Notes: generated by a model from the sequence alone, not told the origin. A DNA stretch of 64,000 nt from Pirellulales bacterium (GCA_963733035.1 CAVTBU010000006.1:192001-256000); one strand, 5' to 3'; positions 21,364 through 33,820 are shown, counted from the stretch's first letter. Numbers and translations are program-made.

Positions 21364-22070
21364 ATTGTGATCAGGTTTTCGACATCCTTACCCGCGGCCC
21401 GTTTCCCACCGGCACCTCGTGCGACGTTCACGTTGAGGCTCATTTGAGCGAGTGCCCCGAGTGTCACCGTCTTGCCGAGGCATTGCGGCCGGCGGTGGAG
21501 TTGTTTCAAGAAGCCGTGGATCCGGAGGAGAGCCGCGACCTGCCGGGATATTGGTGCGCCGTTTCCACCGAGCGGCAGAGTCCCGCGCTGTCGTATGCGC
21601 GCGAAGTCGAGTCCCATGCAGTTGCGCCACAAGTGGAGACCAATGCACCGGCGCGGCATTTGTCGGCGCTGAACATGTGGCGCATGGCCGCCATGTTGGC
21701 GATTGGCATCACGACCGGAACGCTGTTGGCCACGGGCGGCTTGAACGGCTACTGGCCGCCCAAGAGCCTCAGCGGGGCGCTCGCGCCCGCCGCGCCCAAT
21801 GACCAAACGCCGCGCGTGACGCGCGCCGATTGGATGGAGTTGGCCTCGTTGCCGGCGGCCTGTTATCGGCACAAGCCCGACCGCACCGCTCGATATCGGT
21901 TGCGAGACGATCAGTTGCTGGCCAGCGCAAACTTGGAGAACCTTAGTTGTTGCTCGGGCTGCCACAATGCGGCGTCCGATAAGGTGCCCAGTTCGGCAAC
22001 GGTGAAAGTCTCGCGTAGTTGTCAGCATTGTCACGCGGAAGCGACCGAGCACCTGATCTCCGCCCGCTAG
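21360..22070 (+). CDS. Putative zinc-finger anti-sigma factor with C-terminal CxxCH motifs
   Basis: Overlaps the sigma stop (ATGA); HLSECPEC ZAS motif, a TM segment, then CSGCH and CQHCH. Confidence 0.7.
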   Translation: MNCDQVFDILTRGPFPTGTSCDVHVEAHLSECPECHRLAEALRPAVELFQEAVDPEESRDLPGYWCAVSTERQSPALSYAREVESHAVAPQVETNAPARHLSALNMWRMAAMLAIGITTGTLLATGGLNGYWPPKSLSGALAPAAPNDQTPRVTRADWMELASLPAACYRHKPDRTARYRLRDDQLLASANLENLSCCSGCHNAASDKVPSSATVKVSRSCQHCHAEATEHLISAR

Positions 22071-22246
22071 CCGTCCTGCCTTGCGAGTCGGCATTTCGCC
22101 CGCGTTCTGGCGAGGGCAGCATTTACAGCCGCGCGTCGTGTAGCCACACTGGTAGCTCGCTCGGCGGCCGTGCATCGGTTGGCACCGGCGCGAGCGATAC
22201 GACACTTTGAGATTTGCTTCCTAAGAAGAAACGCGGGAGACACACC

Positions 22247-22912
22247 ATGAAGAAATTGTTCACACCAGCGGCCATGCTATTGGCGATCGCAGCGCTGGCC
22301 GTATCGACCAGTTCGGCTCTGGCCGATGATGAAGGAGCGGGCTGGATCAGCTTATTCGACGGCAAGTCCCTCAGGGGCTGGCAAGCCAACGAAAACTCCC
22401 AGCAGTGGAAGGTCGAAGACGGCAAGATCGTGGCCTCCGGCCCGCGCAGCCACCTGTTTTACGTTGGCGATGATCCCGACCATCCGCCGCAGTTCGAGAG
22501 TTTCCACTTCAAGGCCGACGTAATGACCACGCCAGGTAGCAACTCGGGCATCTATTTCCATACCGATTGGAACGAGGAAAAGAAGCACCACCGATTCCCG
22601 CAGACCGGCTTTGAGGCGCAGGTCAACAATTCGCACACCGACCCAGTGCGGACGGCCAGCATCTACCACCTGAAGAAGAACTTTGTGCCGCCGGCCAAGG
22701 ACAACGAGTGGTTTACCGAGGAGATTGTCGTCGACGCCAAGCAGAAGACGATCAAAACATACGTGAACGGCAAGCTGATCGAGGAGTATCACGAGCCGCC
22801 AGGCAAGACCGGTGCGCTGGAAGTCCTCGGCAAGGGAACATTCGCCTTCCAAGCCCACGACCCCAAGAGCACGACGTACTACAAGAATATTCGCGTCAAG
22901 AAGTTGGATTAG
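22247..22912 (+). CDS. DUF1080 (3-keto-disaccharide hydrolase-like) protein
   Basis: Signal peptide, WISLFDGKSL.GW, NSGIYF, FAFQAHD, YKNIRVK. Confidence 0.88.
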   Translation: MKKLFTPAAMLLAIAALAVSTSSALADDEGAGWISLFDGKSLRGWQANENSQQWKVEDGKIVASGPRSHLFYVGDDPDHPPQFESFHFKADVMTTPGSNSGIYFHTDWNEEKKHHRFPQTGFEAQVNNSHTDPVRTASIYHLKKNFVPPAKDNEWFTEEIVVDAKQKTIKTYVNGKLIEEYHEPPGKTGALEVLGKGTFAFQAHDPKSTTYYKNIRVKKLD

Positions 22913-23256
22913 CGTGCAGTTCGCCAGCGCAATTCGTGCTCTTCTTTATCTTCTGATTCAGCCCAGGGGTTGCAGCGGGCCGGGTCCCAGGCGGTGCCAT
23001 GGTCCATTGTCGTCTGCCAGGAAACACCTCGGTTGGCGGCTCGCATTCTTACCGGATTGCGTGGCCGAAAATGTGCCTTGCCGGCGGAAAACCCAGACCA
23101 GGGCAGGACGTTTTCCCGGGCTTTTCCTTGCAAAGGGAAAACTGGGTAAGTAGCATGTGTTTCTTGTTATAATGCATTATGCGCGGGGTTGGCTAAAGGT
23201 TTGCCAGCCCTGGTTTTTCGGCAGAGATTCCCCGCAGAGAAGAAGAGTCGTTCGCC

Positions 23257-24015
23257 ATGCTGAACAAAGTTGTATGCATCGTCGGAGGTGTGTTGGCAAT
23301 CGGCTGTTGGGGCTCCTCGGCCTCGGCCCAACAGGCCGTGATGGATGAGTTTTATGGCACCGGCGTCCACAATTTCTACGACCGTGACTTTTTTCAGGCG
23401 ATGCAGAATCTGTCGGTTGCCATCGACGGCGGCTCGCAGGACCCCAGGGCCTACTACTATCGCGGCCTGGCGCGGATGCGGTCAGGGGATGTGCAAGGTG
23501 CCCATGCCGACCTGCAAAAGGGATCGGCCCTGGAAACGGCCGACGTCGACCAATTTTACCCGGTGGCCAAATCGCTCGAACGGATCCAAGGTTCGGAGCG
23601 CAGCACGTTGGAACGCTATCGGGCGCTCGCGCGAGCGCAAGCACGTCAGCGCCAATTGCGCCGCGACGCGGTGCGTTATGAAGAACGTCGCCGCCATGAG
23701 GCACAGGTCTTGCGTTCGGTACCGGTAGGACCACCGCCTGCCGCGCTTGGTGTCGCTCCGGCCACCGCCGTTGAAGCTCCGGCACCGGCAGACGCGGCGC
23801 CGGCCGCGGCTCCCGCCGCCGCTGCGACGCCGATGCCCCCAGCGGCTGGCTCGCCGTTTGACGCCCCGGCCGGCGCACCTGCCGAAGCGCCCACCGACGA
23901 CCCGTTCGCACCTGCGGCGGATGCTCCGGCCGCGGCTGACGACCCGTTTGGCGCGACGATGCCCGCCGACGATCCGGCAGCCGCGGAGGATCCGTTCACC
24001 GACGATCCGAACTAG
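23257..24015 (+). CDS. Secreted TPR-like protein with Pro/Ala-rich DDPF tail
   Basis: Signal peptide, DPRAYYYRGLA, repeated DDPF. Confidence 0.75.
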   Translation: MLNKVVCIVGGVLAIGCWGSSASAQQAVMDEFYGTGVHNFYDRDFFQAMQNLSVAIDGGSQDPRAYYYRGLARMRSGDVQGAHADLQKGSALETADVDQFYPVAKSLERIQGSERSTLERYRALARAQARQRQLRRDAVRYEERRRHEAQVLRSVPVGPPPAALGVAPATAVEAPAPADAAPAAAPAAAATPMPPAAGSPFDAPAGAPAEAPTDDPFAPAADAPAAADDPFGATMPADDPAAAEDPFTDDPN

Positions 24016-24211
24016 CCCAGGACAAGATTGCCGCGACAACCAACCAAACCAAGATTCACGCCTCGAGGCTTTTCCCGACGAGTCGATACGCTGGCGAACG
24101 GGGAAAGCCACCGGCCGCATTGGCAGCCTTAGTGAACAGGTGGCCGGCGCGGTTGCCCGCCGCCTACGGTTTAGCCTGAACCATCGAGTAACCTCCTGGA
24201 GACGTCACACC

Positions 24212-27092
24212 ATGCTCCGGCACCTGGTGCGTTTCGGTCGTCCCGCGCTAGTTGCGGCGGCCTTCTGGATGATGGCCGCGATTGCCTGGTCGGCACCGCG
24301 CATTGATCGACTTTCGCTGCGGGGCCTGCAAGCCGGTGGGATCACGACCCTGGTGATTGAAGGGGCTGACTTGCTTCCCGAGCCGAAGTTGCATCTCACG
24401 GCTCCGGGCGTCAGCTACCAACTGAAGGATGGCGCCACGCCGCAGCGGCTGGAGGCCGAGTTTACCGTCGACGGCGGTTGCCCGGCCGGAATCTATCTGT
24501 TGCGCGCGGCGTCGGCCAGCGGCATTTCCGAGGCTGCCGCTTTGGGAATTGACAATTTGCCGCAGCTCCCGTTCGCACCGCAGGTGAGCGTGCCGAGCAT
24601 TGCGCTATCGGGCGCTCTGTCCGGAAACCAGGTCTTGTCGACGACGGTCGAGGGAAAGAAGGATCAAAGGCTCTTGGTCGAGGTCGAAGCCCGGCGGCTG
24701 GGATCGAAGCTCGATCCGGTGATTCACGTGTACGACAATCGCCACACGCAGTTGATCTGGAGCGGAGGCCTACCGGCCATTGGCGACGATGCCCGTTGCG
24801 AGGTGACGTTGCCGTCCGATGGCCAGTACACCATTGAGCTGCACGACGCGCTATTTCGCGGCGCCAGCCCCGGCTTCTTTCGTCTGAAGATTGGCGACTT
24901 TCGCTATGCCGATTTGGTGTATCCACTGGCCGTGCAGCAGGGCGTGGCAGCCAAGTTCGAATTCCTCGAGACCAACTTGCCCGCCGACGCGCGAGCCGAC
25001 GCCACGTTGACCCTGGGTGACGGAGTGCCATCGGACGTTCTTCCCGCACCTTGGCCAGCCGAAACTCCTTTGCTGTCCGGAACGCGACCGGCGGTCATCG
25101 TGAGCGATCACGCGGAGATCGTTGAGGCTGCTCCGGCCGACAAAATACAGGAAATTGTAGTGGCGCCCGTGGCGATCAACGGCCGGATTGGCGTTAAGGG
25201 AGAACAAGACCGCTATCGGCTGGCCGTGACGCCGGGACAACAACTGCGATTTGACGTCCTGGCGCGTCGCGCGGGCTCAGCGCTAGATGGCGTGCTCTCG
25301 ATCCAGAAGGAAGACGGAGCCGAACTAGCCACGAACGACGATCGACCCGGCACGAGCGATCCGGGACTCGACTTCAAAGTTCCGGACGGCGTTAGCGCCG
25401 TTGTGGTGGCGCTGCGCGATTTGTATGGCAACGGAGGTGCCGAACACGTGTATCGCATCGCCATCGACGTGGCCGGTTCGCCGGACTTTACCCTGTCCAT
25501 TGCCAGCGATCGCGCTTTGGTGCCGAAAGACGGCTCGGCGCTCGTTCGCGTGCTCGTCAAACGCGCCGGCTATCCGGGACCGATCGATCTCAAGTTTCCC
25601 AATCTTCCGCCGAGCGTTTCGATTACGGGCAATCAGATTCCCGCTCGGGCCAGCGAAGCACTAGTGACGCTGAGTGCGCCAGGACTCGCTCCGGTTCAGT
25701 CCGTGACGTCCGTGGTGGGAGCGAACGCGGGCGAGAAGGTATCCATCCATCGGCGCGGAGGTGCCCGGGGGCGAGGTTGCCAAGGACCAACCGTGGCTTG
25801 GCGACTCATTGGCGGTCGCCGTGACGGTGCCCAGCCCGATCCAGCTCACCTGGGATCTGTTGGCCAGCGACGCCAAACTGATGCAGGGCTCGAAGCTCGC
25901 GAACAAGGTGCGCCTGCAACGTGCCGAGGGAGTGAAGGGGGCGGTGCGGCTCTCGCTGCTCACGACGCAAAAAATGCCGCGCAAGAAGATTAAGGAGAAC
26001 AATCAGGAGCGCGAGGTCGACGACGTGGAGCGAGCCTTGCGATTTGACGGGGCACCGACGATTGCCGCCGATCAAGCGGAGGCGGCACCCGCGATCACCG
26101 TGCCCGGTGATTTGCCGCGCATCGACTATGACCTGGCCATTCAGGCCGAACTACTGGGAGAAGATAACAAGACCGTATTGGCGACGGTTGTCACTCCGGC
26201 CCGACGCTTGACGACGATTCCGCCGGTCACGGTGGAACTGGCAAGTAAGGCTCTCGAGGCCCGCGCCGGCGCCGGCCCCACGGGCCGCGTCACCGGCAAG
26301 ATCGTGCGGGAGCCTGGTTTTGCGCTGCCGGTTAATGTTACGCTTGCCGGCCTGCCGGAGGGGCTGACGGCTCCGACCGTCACCTTGGCGGCGGATCAAT
26401 CGGAGTTTGATTTCCCCGTTAACTTTCCCTATGGAACCGCGGCGGGTGAACTCAAGAACGTGAAGATGTCGGCCATCTGTCTCAACGATCCGGCGGATCC
26501 GAAGACGGTCGTCTTCACCGCGGCGTTGGATCTGCCGGTGACGGTCGTGCCCGGCAGCAAACCACCCGAGCAGCCGATGGTAATCTTTGAGGATCAACCG
26601 GAGTTCGTGGCCAACCTTAATCAGGGAGGCGGCCAGGCCTCGCTTGATAGCGAGCAGAAGTACTCCGGCACGGCCAGCGTAAAGGTGACACCCGACCAGC
26701 GATTCAATCCGGCGCTGCCCGGCTTGGGCATCAAGATCCGAGAGAATCCCGGGGCGGGCGAATATCGCTATTTGCGTTTCGCGTGGCGGAAGCAGGGAGG
26801 ACAGGCAATTTGTTTGCAACTCAATCACGATGGCCAGTGGGGGCCGACTGACGGCAAATCTGCCAGCTTCCGCTACCACGCCGGACCAGCCGGACCGTGC
26901 TTCGGCGCTTCGCTGGCGATCGATGCCGCGGTGCCCGAAGAGTTCGACGTGGTGACACGCGATCTGTTCGCCGATTTTGGCGAATTCACGCTGACCGGGA
27001 TCGCACTATCCCCGGTCGACGGCGATTTCGGCCTGTTCGACCATATATACCTGGGCAGCAGCGTCGACGATTTCAAGCTGGTGAAGCCGTAG
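24212..27092 (+). CDS. Planctomycete PPC (pre-peptidase C-terminal-like) domain protein, frameshift near 25755
   Basis: Repeated xARRxGSxLD and D.Y motifs; two overlapping ORFs join into one. Confidence 0.75.
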
Positions 27093-27103
27093 ACGGCGCG
27101 CAT

Positions 27104-27820
27104 CTAGCCGTCGCCGTCGGCCACGAAACGATAGCCGGTGCCTCGGACGCTGAGAAAGTGGCGGGGATTGGCGGGGTCTTCCTCAAAGTATTTCCGCAGG
27201 TTGACGATGAAGTTGTCGACCGTGCGCGTGGTCGGCATGTGCGACAAGCCCCATACGTGTTCGAGTAGCTCCGCGCGGGTGACGACCGAGCCTTCGTTCT
27301 CGACGAAGTACCGCAGCAGTTTCATTTCCGTGTGCGTAAGCCGAACGGGTTCGTCGCCTACCATAACTTGGAAGGTGTCGAAATTGACTTGGGCGCGGCC
27401 GAAATTGTAAACCGGGTCGATCTCCCTGGGCTTGGCTGCCGGCAGCGATGCTGGACGCCGGGCAAGCAGATTCCGGGTCATGCTCAGCAGCTCTTCCAGC
27501 TCGAACGGCTTTTGCAGGTATTGGTCGGCACCCACGTCATAGCCTCGCACGCGATCCTCGACCAACGTTCGTGCACTGAGTATGAGCACCGGCACGTTGT
27601 TTCCCTTTTGCCGAACGGCCTCGCAGACGGCATAACCACTCATGCCCGGCAGCATCAGGTCGAGAATTACCAGGTCGGCAGGGTGATCGCCGTTTTCGAG
27701 CAGCTTAAGGGCCGAGGGACCGTCGCCGGCTGTGGTGACTTCATATCCCTCGGCTTCCAGGTTGTATTTAATGCCGAAGGCCAAGTGCTCTTCGTCTTCG
27801 ACGACGAGGATGTGTTTCAT
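27104..27820 (-). CDS. OmpR-family response regulator
   Basis: ILVVEDE, LDLMLP, TRTVDNF, VRGTGY. Confidence 0.92.
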   Translation of the reverse strand: MKHILVVEDEEHLAFGIKYNLEAEGYEVTTAGDGPSALKLLENGDHPADLVILDLMLPGMSGYAVCEAVRQKGNNVPVLILSARTLVEDRVRGYDVGADQYLQKPFELEELLSMTRNLLARRPASLPAAKPREIDPVYNFGRAQVNFDTFQVMVGDEPVRLTHTEMKLLRYFVENEGSVVTRAELLEHVWGLSHMPTTRTVDNFIVNLRKYFEEDPANPRHFLSVRGTGYRFVADGDG

Positions 27821-27858
27821 CGTTAGGCATCTGGCGAGGGGAACAAAACGCGGCGCGA

Positions 27859-28842
27859 TCACGTGGCGCCGGCATCTATTCTATCGCTTGCCGCCGCTTG
27901 CGAAACGTCGGCTGCGGACGTCAAGGACGACGGCGGTTTGCTACCGGCCGGTCGCCGGGCCGGCAATTCCACCTCGAAGATTGTGCCGCTGCCCTGCGGC
28001 CGCTCGCGTACGGTGATCTTGCCGTGCAGTCGCTTGACCAGCGTGCGGACGATGAACAGTCCCAAGCCGGTTCCCATTTGAGAGCGTTCAAGCTCACTGC
28101 CGAGCCGGACGAAACGGCCGAAGATCTTCCGCCGCAATTTCGCGGGAATGCCACGGCCGTTGTCGGCGATGCGGGTCACGATTCTGTCATCGGCGGCGAA
28201 TTGCGAATCGATTTGTACTTCCGGCGAGGCACCACCGTATTTGACCGCGTTGTCGACCAGGTTGCGAAACAAGATTTCCAGATCGATCGGTCTGGCTCGC
28301 ACGATGGCCTCACTGGCGGCTAGCCGCACGGTTTCGAGCGGCAGGTGATAGCGCAGGCAGACTGTCTCGGCGCAACTGGCCAGCACGGCGGACAGGTCGA
28401 CGTCGATCAGGTCCGTTTCGACTGGTTGCTGGTCGAGTCGCGCGGCGTCGAGCATGTGATTAATGAGCGTGTCGAGTCGTTGCACGTCCTCGAGCATGAA
28501 CCGATAGAAATCTCCCCGCTGCTCGTCGGTGACGGTTCGTCGCGACAACGTCTGAAGGTAGAGCTTGAGTGAGGCGATCGGACTTTTCAGTTCGTGGCTC
28601 ACGCTATCGATGAAGTTGCTCTGGCGCTGCGAGAGACGGATCCCCTTGATCGAGATGAACAGGTACAGCACGACCCCCACCAACACGAGCCCCAGGAAGC
28701 TTGGTCCCAGCACCGCCACCGTCCAAAACAGGCCGGTGTTTTCGATTTCGACCGAGAGAATGACCCAACCCACGATAAGCGCGACGACTAGCGCGCTCAT
28801 GACGATTGCTAGCGTGATGGGCCATCCGTAAGAAGGTCGCAT
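27859..28842 (-). CDS. Sensor histidine kinase
   Basis: Two TM segments, SHELKSP, NLVDNAVKY, DNGRGI, GTGLGL. Confidence 0.92.
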   Translation of the reverse strand: MRPSYGWPITLAIVMSALVVALIVGWVILSVEIENTGLFWTVAVLGPSFLGLVLVGVVLYLFISIKGIRLSQRQSNFIDSVSHELKSPIASLKLYLQTLSRRTVTDEQRGDFYRFMLEDVQRLDTLINHMLDAARLDQQPVETDLIDVDLSAVLASCAETVCLRYHLPLETVRLAASEAIVRARPIDLEILFRNLVDNAVKYGGASPEVQIDSQFAADDRIVTRIADNGRGIPAKLRRKIFGRFVRLGSELERSQMGTGLGLFIVRTLVKRLHGKITVRERPQGSGTIFEVELPARRPAGSKPPSSLTSAADVSQAAASDRIDAGAT

Positions 28843-29438
28843 GCGAGTGCTCGTGCCTATTTGCAAGCAGGGGAATCGGGGATATGCCACGCACGGGCGA
28901 CAACATTGGGCAGCGTTGCCTGCGCACCAATGTACCACAATCGCCGACAGGTTTTTGCCACTTGGCATGCCGGCTGCACTAGGGCAGATGCCGCCCATAC
29001 CGGGGCGGGCGAATTCTTTTGTCTGCTAGCAAATCGATTCGCCGCCGCACGCAAGACTTACGCGTGTAGCCGGTGGGCCTGACCGGGGCCGCGGCAGGAA
29101 ACTGCGATTGTAAGATTTGGAACCTCGGGACAAGATGTTGCACAGCCTTGGCCATGGAACGGCCGGGCCCTGACGTTGTGTCCCGCCGTCGCGTCGCTTC
29201 TAGCGGCATTGGCAGGAGGCCGAATGCCGATCGCGAACGCGACCCCATCGCCGCGCTGTTCAACACGGAGGTTGCTCAAGCGATCCTTTTTCAGGCGCTC
29301 GTCGATTCTACGCGCCTGTTGCCCGCCATCGCCGGGTTGGACGCTCCGGGCTGCCGCTGCGCTGATCGCATCGGGCGACACAGAGTACGACTCGCCGACA
29401 GGGATGTTGGCACGATTGAATTTTCCATGGAGGGAAAA

Positions 29439-30867
29439 ATGGTCTCGGTGCAGATAGCGGCCCTGGTCGCGGCTTTATCGGCCTCGGGTGATACCGTACT
29501 CTTGGATTTTCATGCGGCTTGGTGCGGACCCTGCCAGGCGATGAAAGGAACGATCGACGGACTGGAGCGTGCGGGTTACCCGGTGCGCCGCGTGAACGTC
29601 GATCAAGAGCGCCACCTGGCCCAGCAATACAATGTCCACAACATTCCCTGCTTCGTGCTGTTGGTTGACGGCCAAGAAGCCGGGCGCGTGACCGGCGCAG
29701 TCAGCCAGGCGGAACTCGCCTCGATGTTTGCCCGTGCGGGAGTCGGCCGCAGCGCACAAGTCCAGCCGACGGTTCGCGCTCAATCGCCGGACGCACCACT
29801 TGCTAGGTTTTCACTACCAGGACGCCCCGCCCGCGTGGCGGCACGCGATGCGCGGCTAAATCCGAAACCCCAGCCGATCCCGCCGCGAGGCATTGAAACC
29901 AGCGGCCGGGCGGATGCCGTTTCGCCGCAGGATCTGGTTGAGTCGAGCGTCAGGCTCACCATCAGCGATCCGACCGGCGCGTCCTACGGATCCGGGACCT
30001 TGATCGATGCCCGAGCCGGCGAAGCCTTGGTGCTCACGTGTGGCCATATTTTTCGCGACTCACAAGGGAAAGGACAAGTCACCATCGACCTGCTCGGTCC
30101 GGCGCTCCGCAGAAGCTACCGGGTAGAGTAGTCAGCTACGATCTGAAGACCGATGTTGGCCTGGTAAGTTTCAAGCCGGGCGTGCCGGTGCGCGTGGCGC
30201 CGCTTGCGCCCGGGGCTACACGGCCGCCAAGGGAGACCGCGTGGTCACGGTGGGCTGCAACAACGGTGGTCCGGCCACGGCTGAACAAACGACGGTAACG
30301 GCGATTAACAAGTTTCTCGGCCCGCCAAACCTGCAAGTGGCCGGCCTGCCGGTGCAGGGGCGAAGCGGCGGCGGTCTATTTACGTCCGATGGGCGCGTGA
30401 TCGGCGTGTGCAACGCGGCTGATCCGACCGACAACGAAGGGCTCTACGCGGCGTTGGCGGTCATTCAACAGGAGCTCGATGAAGTGGGCCTCACGGCCAT
30501 CTATCAACAGCCCGCGCCTGCGGCACAGCCGGCCGCGAGTCCAGCGGCGATTGCACCCCAGGTTGCCGTGGCCGCGCTAAATCAATTGCCGGGGCCGGTG
30601 CCGCAGCAAGTTGCCGAACAGGCGCTAGAGGGCCTGGAACCGGCGGCTCTGGCCGAACTGCGCAAAGCCGGCTCGGGCGCCGAAGTGATTTGCATCGTTC
30701 GCCCACTTTCCGACCCACGGGCGAAGAGCGAGGTGATCATGCTCGATCGCGCGTCGCCTGCCTTCTTGCAGCAGTTGGCGGTTGATCGGGAAGCACAACA
30801 ATCACGACATCTCACGTCGCTCAACGTGCCCGCCCAGGCTCGCGAGAGCAAGCAAACGCGTCGTTAG
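29439..30867 (+). CDS. Thioredoxin + trypsin-like peptidase domain protein, frameshifts near 30100 and 30215
   Basis: WCGPC thioredoxin motif; LTCGH, DVGLV and QGRSGGG in successive frames. Confidence 0.8.
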
Positions 30868-31004
30868 GATTCGCACGGTTCGAGGCAAACTGGAAACATT
30901 ATGGCCACTTCGGCCCCCTGGGGTTGAAGTGGCCTCTATTTTTGGCGACATTTCGGCTGGTATCAAGTATGTTCACCGCGGCGCGCGAGGAGTCGGACCA
31001 CACG

Positions 31005-31623
31005 ATGAAGCTGTATTGCGTGCGCCACGGCGAGACCACCTACAACCTGGACCATCGCATCCAGGGACAATTCGACAGCGAGCTCTCTGAATTGGGGCGC
31101 CGGCAGTGCCAAGCCGTGGCCGAGAGGCTGGGAAGCATGCCCTGCGATTCCGTGATTTCCAGTCCGCTCCGCCGCGCGCGAAAGCGCCCGATACATTGCC
31201 GACAAGCTCGGCATGGAGGTCAAGCTGGAACCGCGACTGATGGAGATCAACGCCGGCATTTTTCAGGGACACAACTGGGCCGAACTCGAAGAGAAGTATC
31301 CCGAGGAGACCGCGCGGTGGCGGAGCCACGACGCTGACTATCGGATTCCCGGCGGAGAGTCACGCCGCGACCTGATGCAGCGGAGCGGTGCAGCCTTTCG
31401 CGCCATTCGCGAGTTGGGTTATGCCAGCGTGATCGTGGTGGCGCACGGCGGGTCGCTGGGCGCGGCTTTCAAAAGCCTGCTTGGAGTGCCACCGGCGCGC
31501 AGCCCGTTTGAACTTGGCAACGGCTCGATCAGCACGGTGCACTGGGAAGCGGAGTTCAAATTGCTGACGCTAAACGAGACGACGCATTTGCATGGGTTGG
31601 ATTCCGGTGGGGGCGATTTGTAG
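31005..31623 (+). CDS. Histidine phosphatase family protein, frameshift near 31180
   Basis: RHGET, SSPLRRA, GES, VAHGG. Confidence 0.85.
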
Positions 31624-31727
31624 CGAGCACTAGGTTCTGCGCGAAGTGGCCCGCCATTCCGCGCCTCTCTCCCGAAGTCGGAGAGAGGTGCGACGTGGAA
31701 TAAAAACAAATCAGTCACACATGGCAA

Positions 31728-32219
31728 TCAAGACTTGCCCTGCGAATCCAGCCAGGTTTGGTCGAGTTCGAAAATGGCCTCGATCTCGGTGGTGATGTTC
31801 CCCGGGAGCGAGCCCATGCCGACGGCGCTGCGCGCTCCGACGCCGGCATCGTCGCCCCACACATCGCGGAACAGTTCGCTGCAGCCGTTGATCACGCGCG
31901 GGTGATCGGTGAAATCCGGGGCCGCGTTGACCATACCAAGTACCTTGACCACTTTCGTCACGTGATCGAGACTGCCGAGATACTCGCGCAGGGTCGAGAG
32001 GATCGCCAGGCCGGTCTGCCGCGCCGCAGCAATGCCCGCCGCCATATCGGCTTCGGTGCCCACGCGGCCGGTCAACATGGTTTTGTCGGTTTTCAAGGGA
32101 CCGTGGCCCGAGACATAGCACCACTTGCCGGTGATCACTAGCGGCTTATAGACTCCGGCCGGTTTGGGGGCGGGAGGAAGTTCGAGATTTAGTTCGGTAA
32201 TGCGCGAGTCGGCGCTCAT
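31728..32219 (-). CDS. RidA family protein
   Basis: YVSGHGP, VINGCSELF, ARSAVG, EIEAIFE. Confidence 0.88.
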   Translation of the reverse strand: MSADSRITELNLELPPAPKPAGVYKPLVITGKWCYVSGHGPLKTDKTMLTGRVGTEADMAAGIAAARQTGLAILSTLREYLGSLDHVTKVVKVLGMVNAAPDFTDHPRVINGCSELFRDVWGDDAGVGARSAVGMGSLPGNITTEIEAIFELDQTWLDSQGKS

Positions 32220-32242
32220 GTTCGGGAGTCTCCAGTTCAGGG

Positions 32243-32932
32243 TTAATTGCTCTTGGCCGGTGGCTTGACCGTGCGGCCGTGAAGTTCGATGTCGTCGAAA
32301 TTACCCAGGTCGTCAAATGCACCAAGGCCAATGCGGCCCCAGACGAACGTCGTGTCGTCGGCCACCATCACCGGTTCGCTCATGTCGTCAAAATACACGT
32401 CGATGCGGCCGGTACCCACGTCGCGAGTAATTCGCACGTGGTGCCAGTCGTTGTCCCAGTTTGTGCCGGGCGTGGTTTTGGCCGAAATCTTCACGCGCGG
32501 CGCGTCGTTCACGATGAAGATCTGGTTGGCATGGTCGTCCGTCTTCTTGCCAAAGTGCACGTAGTAGAAGTGCGACGGATCCTGATAGCCGAACACCAAT
32601 ACCAGGCTGCGATGTCCATAATCGGGCACCGTGCTTTGCAGCCTGGCGTCGAGCACGAAATCGCTGACGACGACGTCCTTCAGCAGCGAGATGTTCACCG
32701 GGCTGCGATACGGCGGCTTGTAGTTGCTGTCTTTGACCAGGCTGTAGGCGTGGCCTTCGCGGGTTTCGATCACTTTCCACGAGAGGGGATCGGTCGGCTG
32801 CCACCGGTCGGCGCCGTGTTCGAAGTCCTCGTGGAAAACCAGCGGCAACTCGGCCACCGCGGGCGCGCAGACGCCAAGAACAATCACCAGCGCGAGCACA
32901 CAAACGACCTGCGCGGATTTGAACGGCTGCAT
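32243..32932 (-). CDS. Secreted beta-sandwich (DUF1080/LamG-like) hypothetical protein
   Basis: Signal peptide; WHHVRITR and GRIGLGAFDD. Confidence 0.7.
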   Translation of the reverse strand: MQPFKSAQVVCVLALVIVLGVCAPAVAELPLVFHEDFEHGADRWQPTDPLSWKVIETREGHAYSLVKDSNYKPPYRSPVNISLLKDVVVSDFVLDARLQSTVPDYGHRSLVLVFGYQDPSHFYYVHFGKKTDDHANQIFIVNDAPRVKISAKTTPGTNWDNDWHHVRITRDVGTGRIDVYFDDMSEPVMVADDTTFVWGRIGLGAFDDLGNFDDIELHGRTVKPPAKSN

Positions 32933-32944
32933 GTGGGGCTCCTC

Positions 32945-33820
32945 TCAGTCGATAATCTTGTTCAGCGGATACTCGACAATACCCCGCGCCCCGGCGGCCT
33001 TCAAGCGGGGGATGATGTGGCGCACGATCGACTCCTCGAGAATCGTATTCACGTCGACCCACTCCTCGTCGGACAGGCTCGATACGGTCGGTTGTTGCAG
33101 GGCCGGCAGCAGCGACAGCACCTGCTTGAGCTGCTCGCGGGGGACATTCATCATCAGCCCCACCTTGCCTTCGGCCGCCATCGCACCGTTGAGCATCAGC
33201 ACGATGTCATCGATCTTTTGCCGCTTCCAGGCGTCGGCATACGATTGGTGATTCGCAATGAAGCGTGGTGTGCTAGTGAGCACTTCGTCAAGAATCCGCA
33301 AGTTGTTGGCCCGTAACGAGCTGCCGGTTTCGGTCACTTCGACGATCGCGTCGGCCAACTTGGGCGGTTTGACCTCGGTGGCGCCCCAACTGAACTCGAC
33401 CTTGGCCTTGACGCCGTGATTTGCGAGGTAACGCTCGGTCAGTCCGACGGCTTCCGTGGCGATCCGCTTGCCGGCGAGTTCTTGCACCGTCTTGATTGGC
33501 GAGCTTTCCGGCACGCACAGCACCCAGCGGACGGGGCGGCGACTGACCTTGGAGAAAACCAACTCGGCAACTTCGTGCACGTCGGCCCCGTTTTCCACGA
33601 TCCAATCGTGACCGGTCAGGCCGGCGTCGAGCACGCCGTCTTCGACATAGCGGGCCATTTCCTGCGCACGAATGAGCATGCACTCGATGTCGTCGTCGTC
33701 GATCGACGGGAAGTAGCTCCGCGAGCTGAACGTGATCTTGTAGCCGGCGCGGCGAAACAGTTCGGCCGTGGCTTCCTGCAAGCTGCCGGCCGGAATTCCT
33801 AGCTTCAAACAATGCGACAT
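32945..33820 (-). CDS. hisG: ATP phosphoribosyltransferase (long form)
   Basis: [31 protein letters not shown]. Confidence 0.95.
   Translation of the reverse strand: MSHCLKLGIPAGSLQEATAELFRRAGYKITFSSRSYFPSIDDDDIECMLIRAQEMARYVEDGVLDAGLTGHDWIVENGADVHEVAELVFSKVSRRPVRWVLCVPESSPIKTVQELAGKRIATEAVGLTERYLANHGVKAKVEFSWGATEVKPPKLADAIVEVTETGSSLRANNLRILDEVLTSTPRFIANHQSYADAWKRQKIDDIVLMLNGAMAAEGKVGLMMNVPREQLKQVLSLLPALQQPTVSSLSDEEWVDVNTILEESIVRHIIPRLKAAGARGIVEYPLNKIID

Noticed and set aside
23730..24015. DNA repeats in the Pro/Ala-rich tail
   Set aside because: Low-complexity coding sequence (DDPF repeats), not an independent element.
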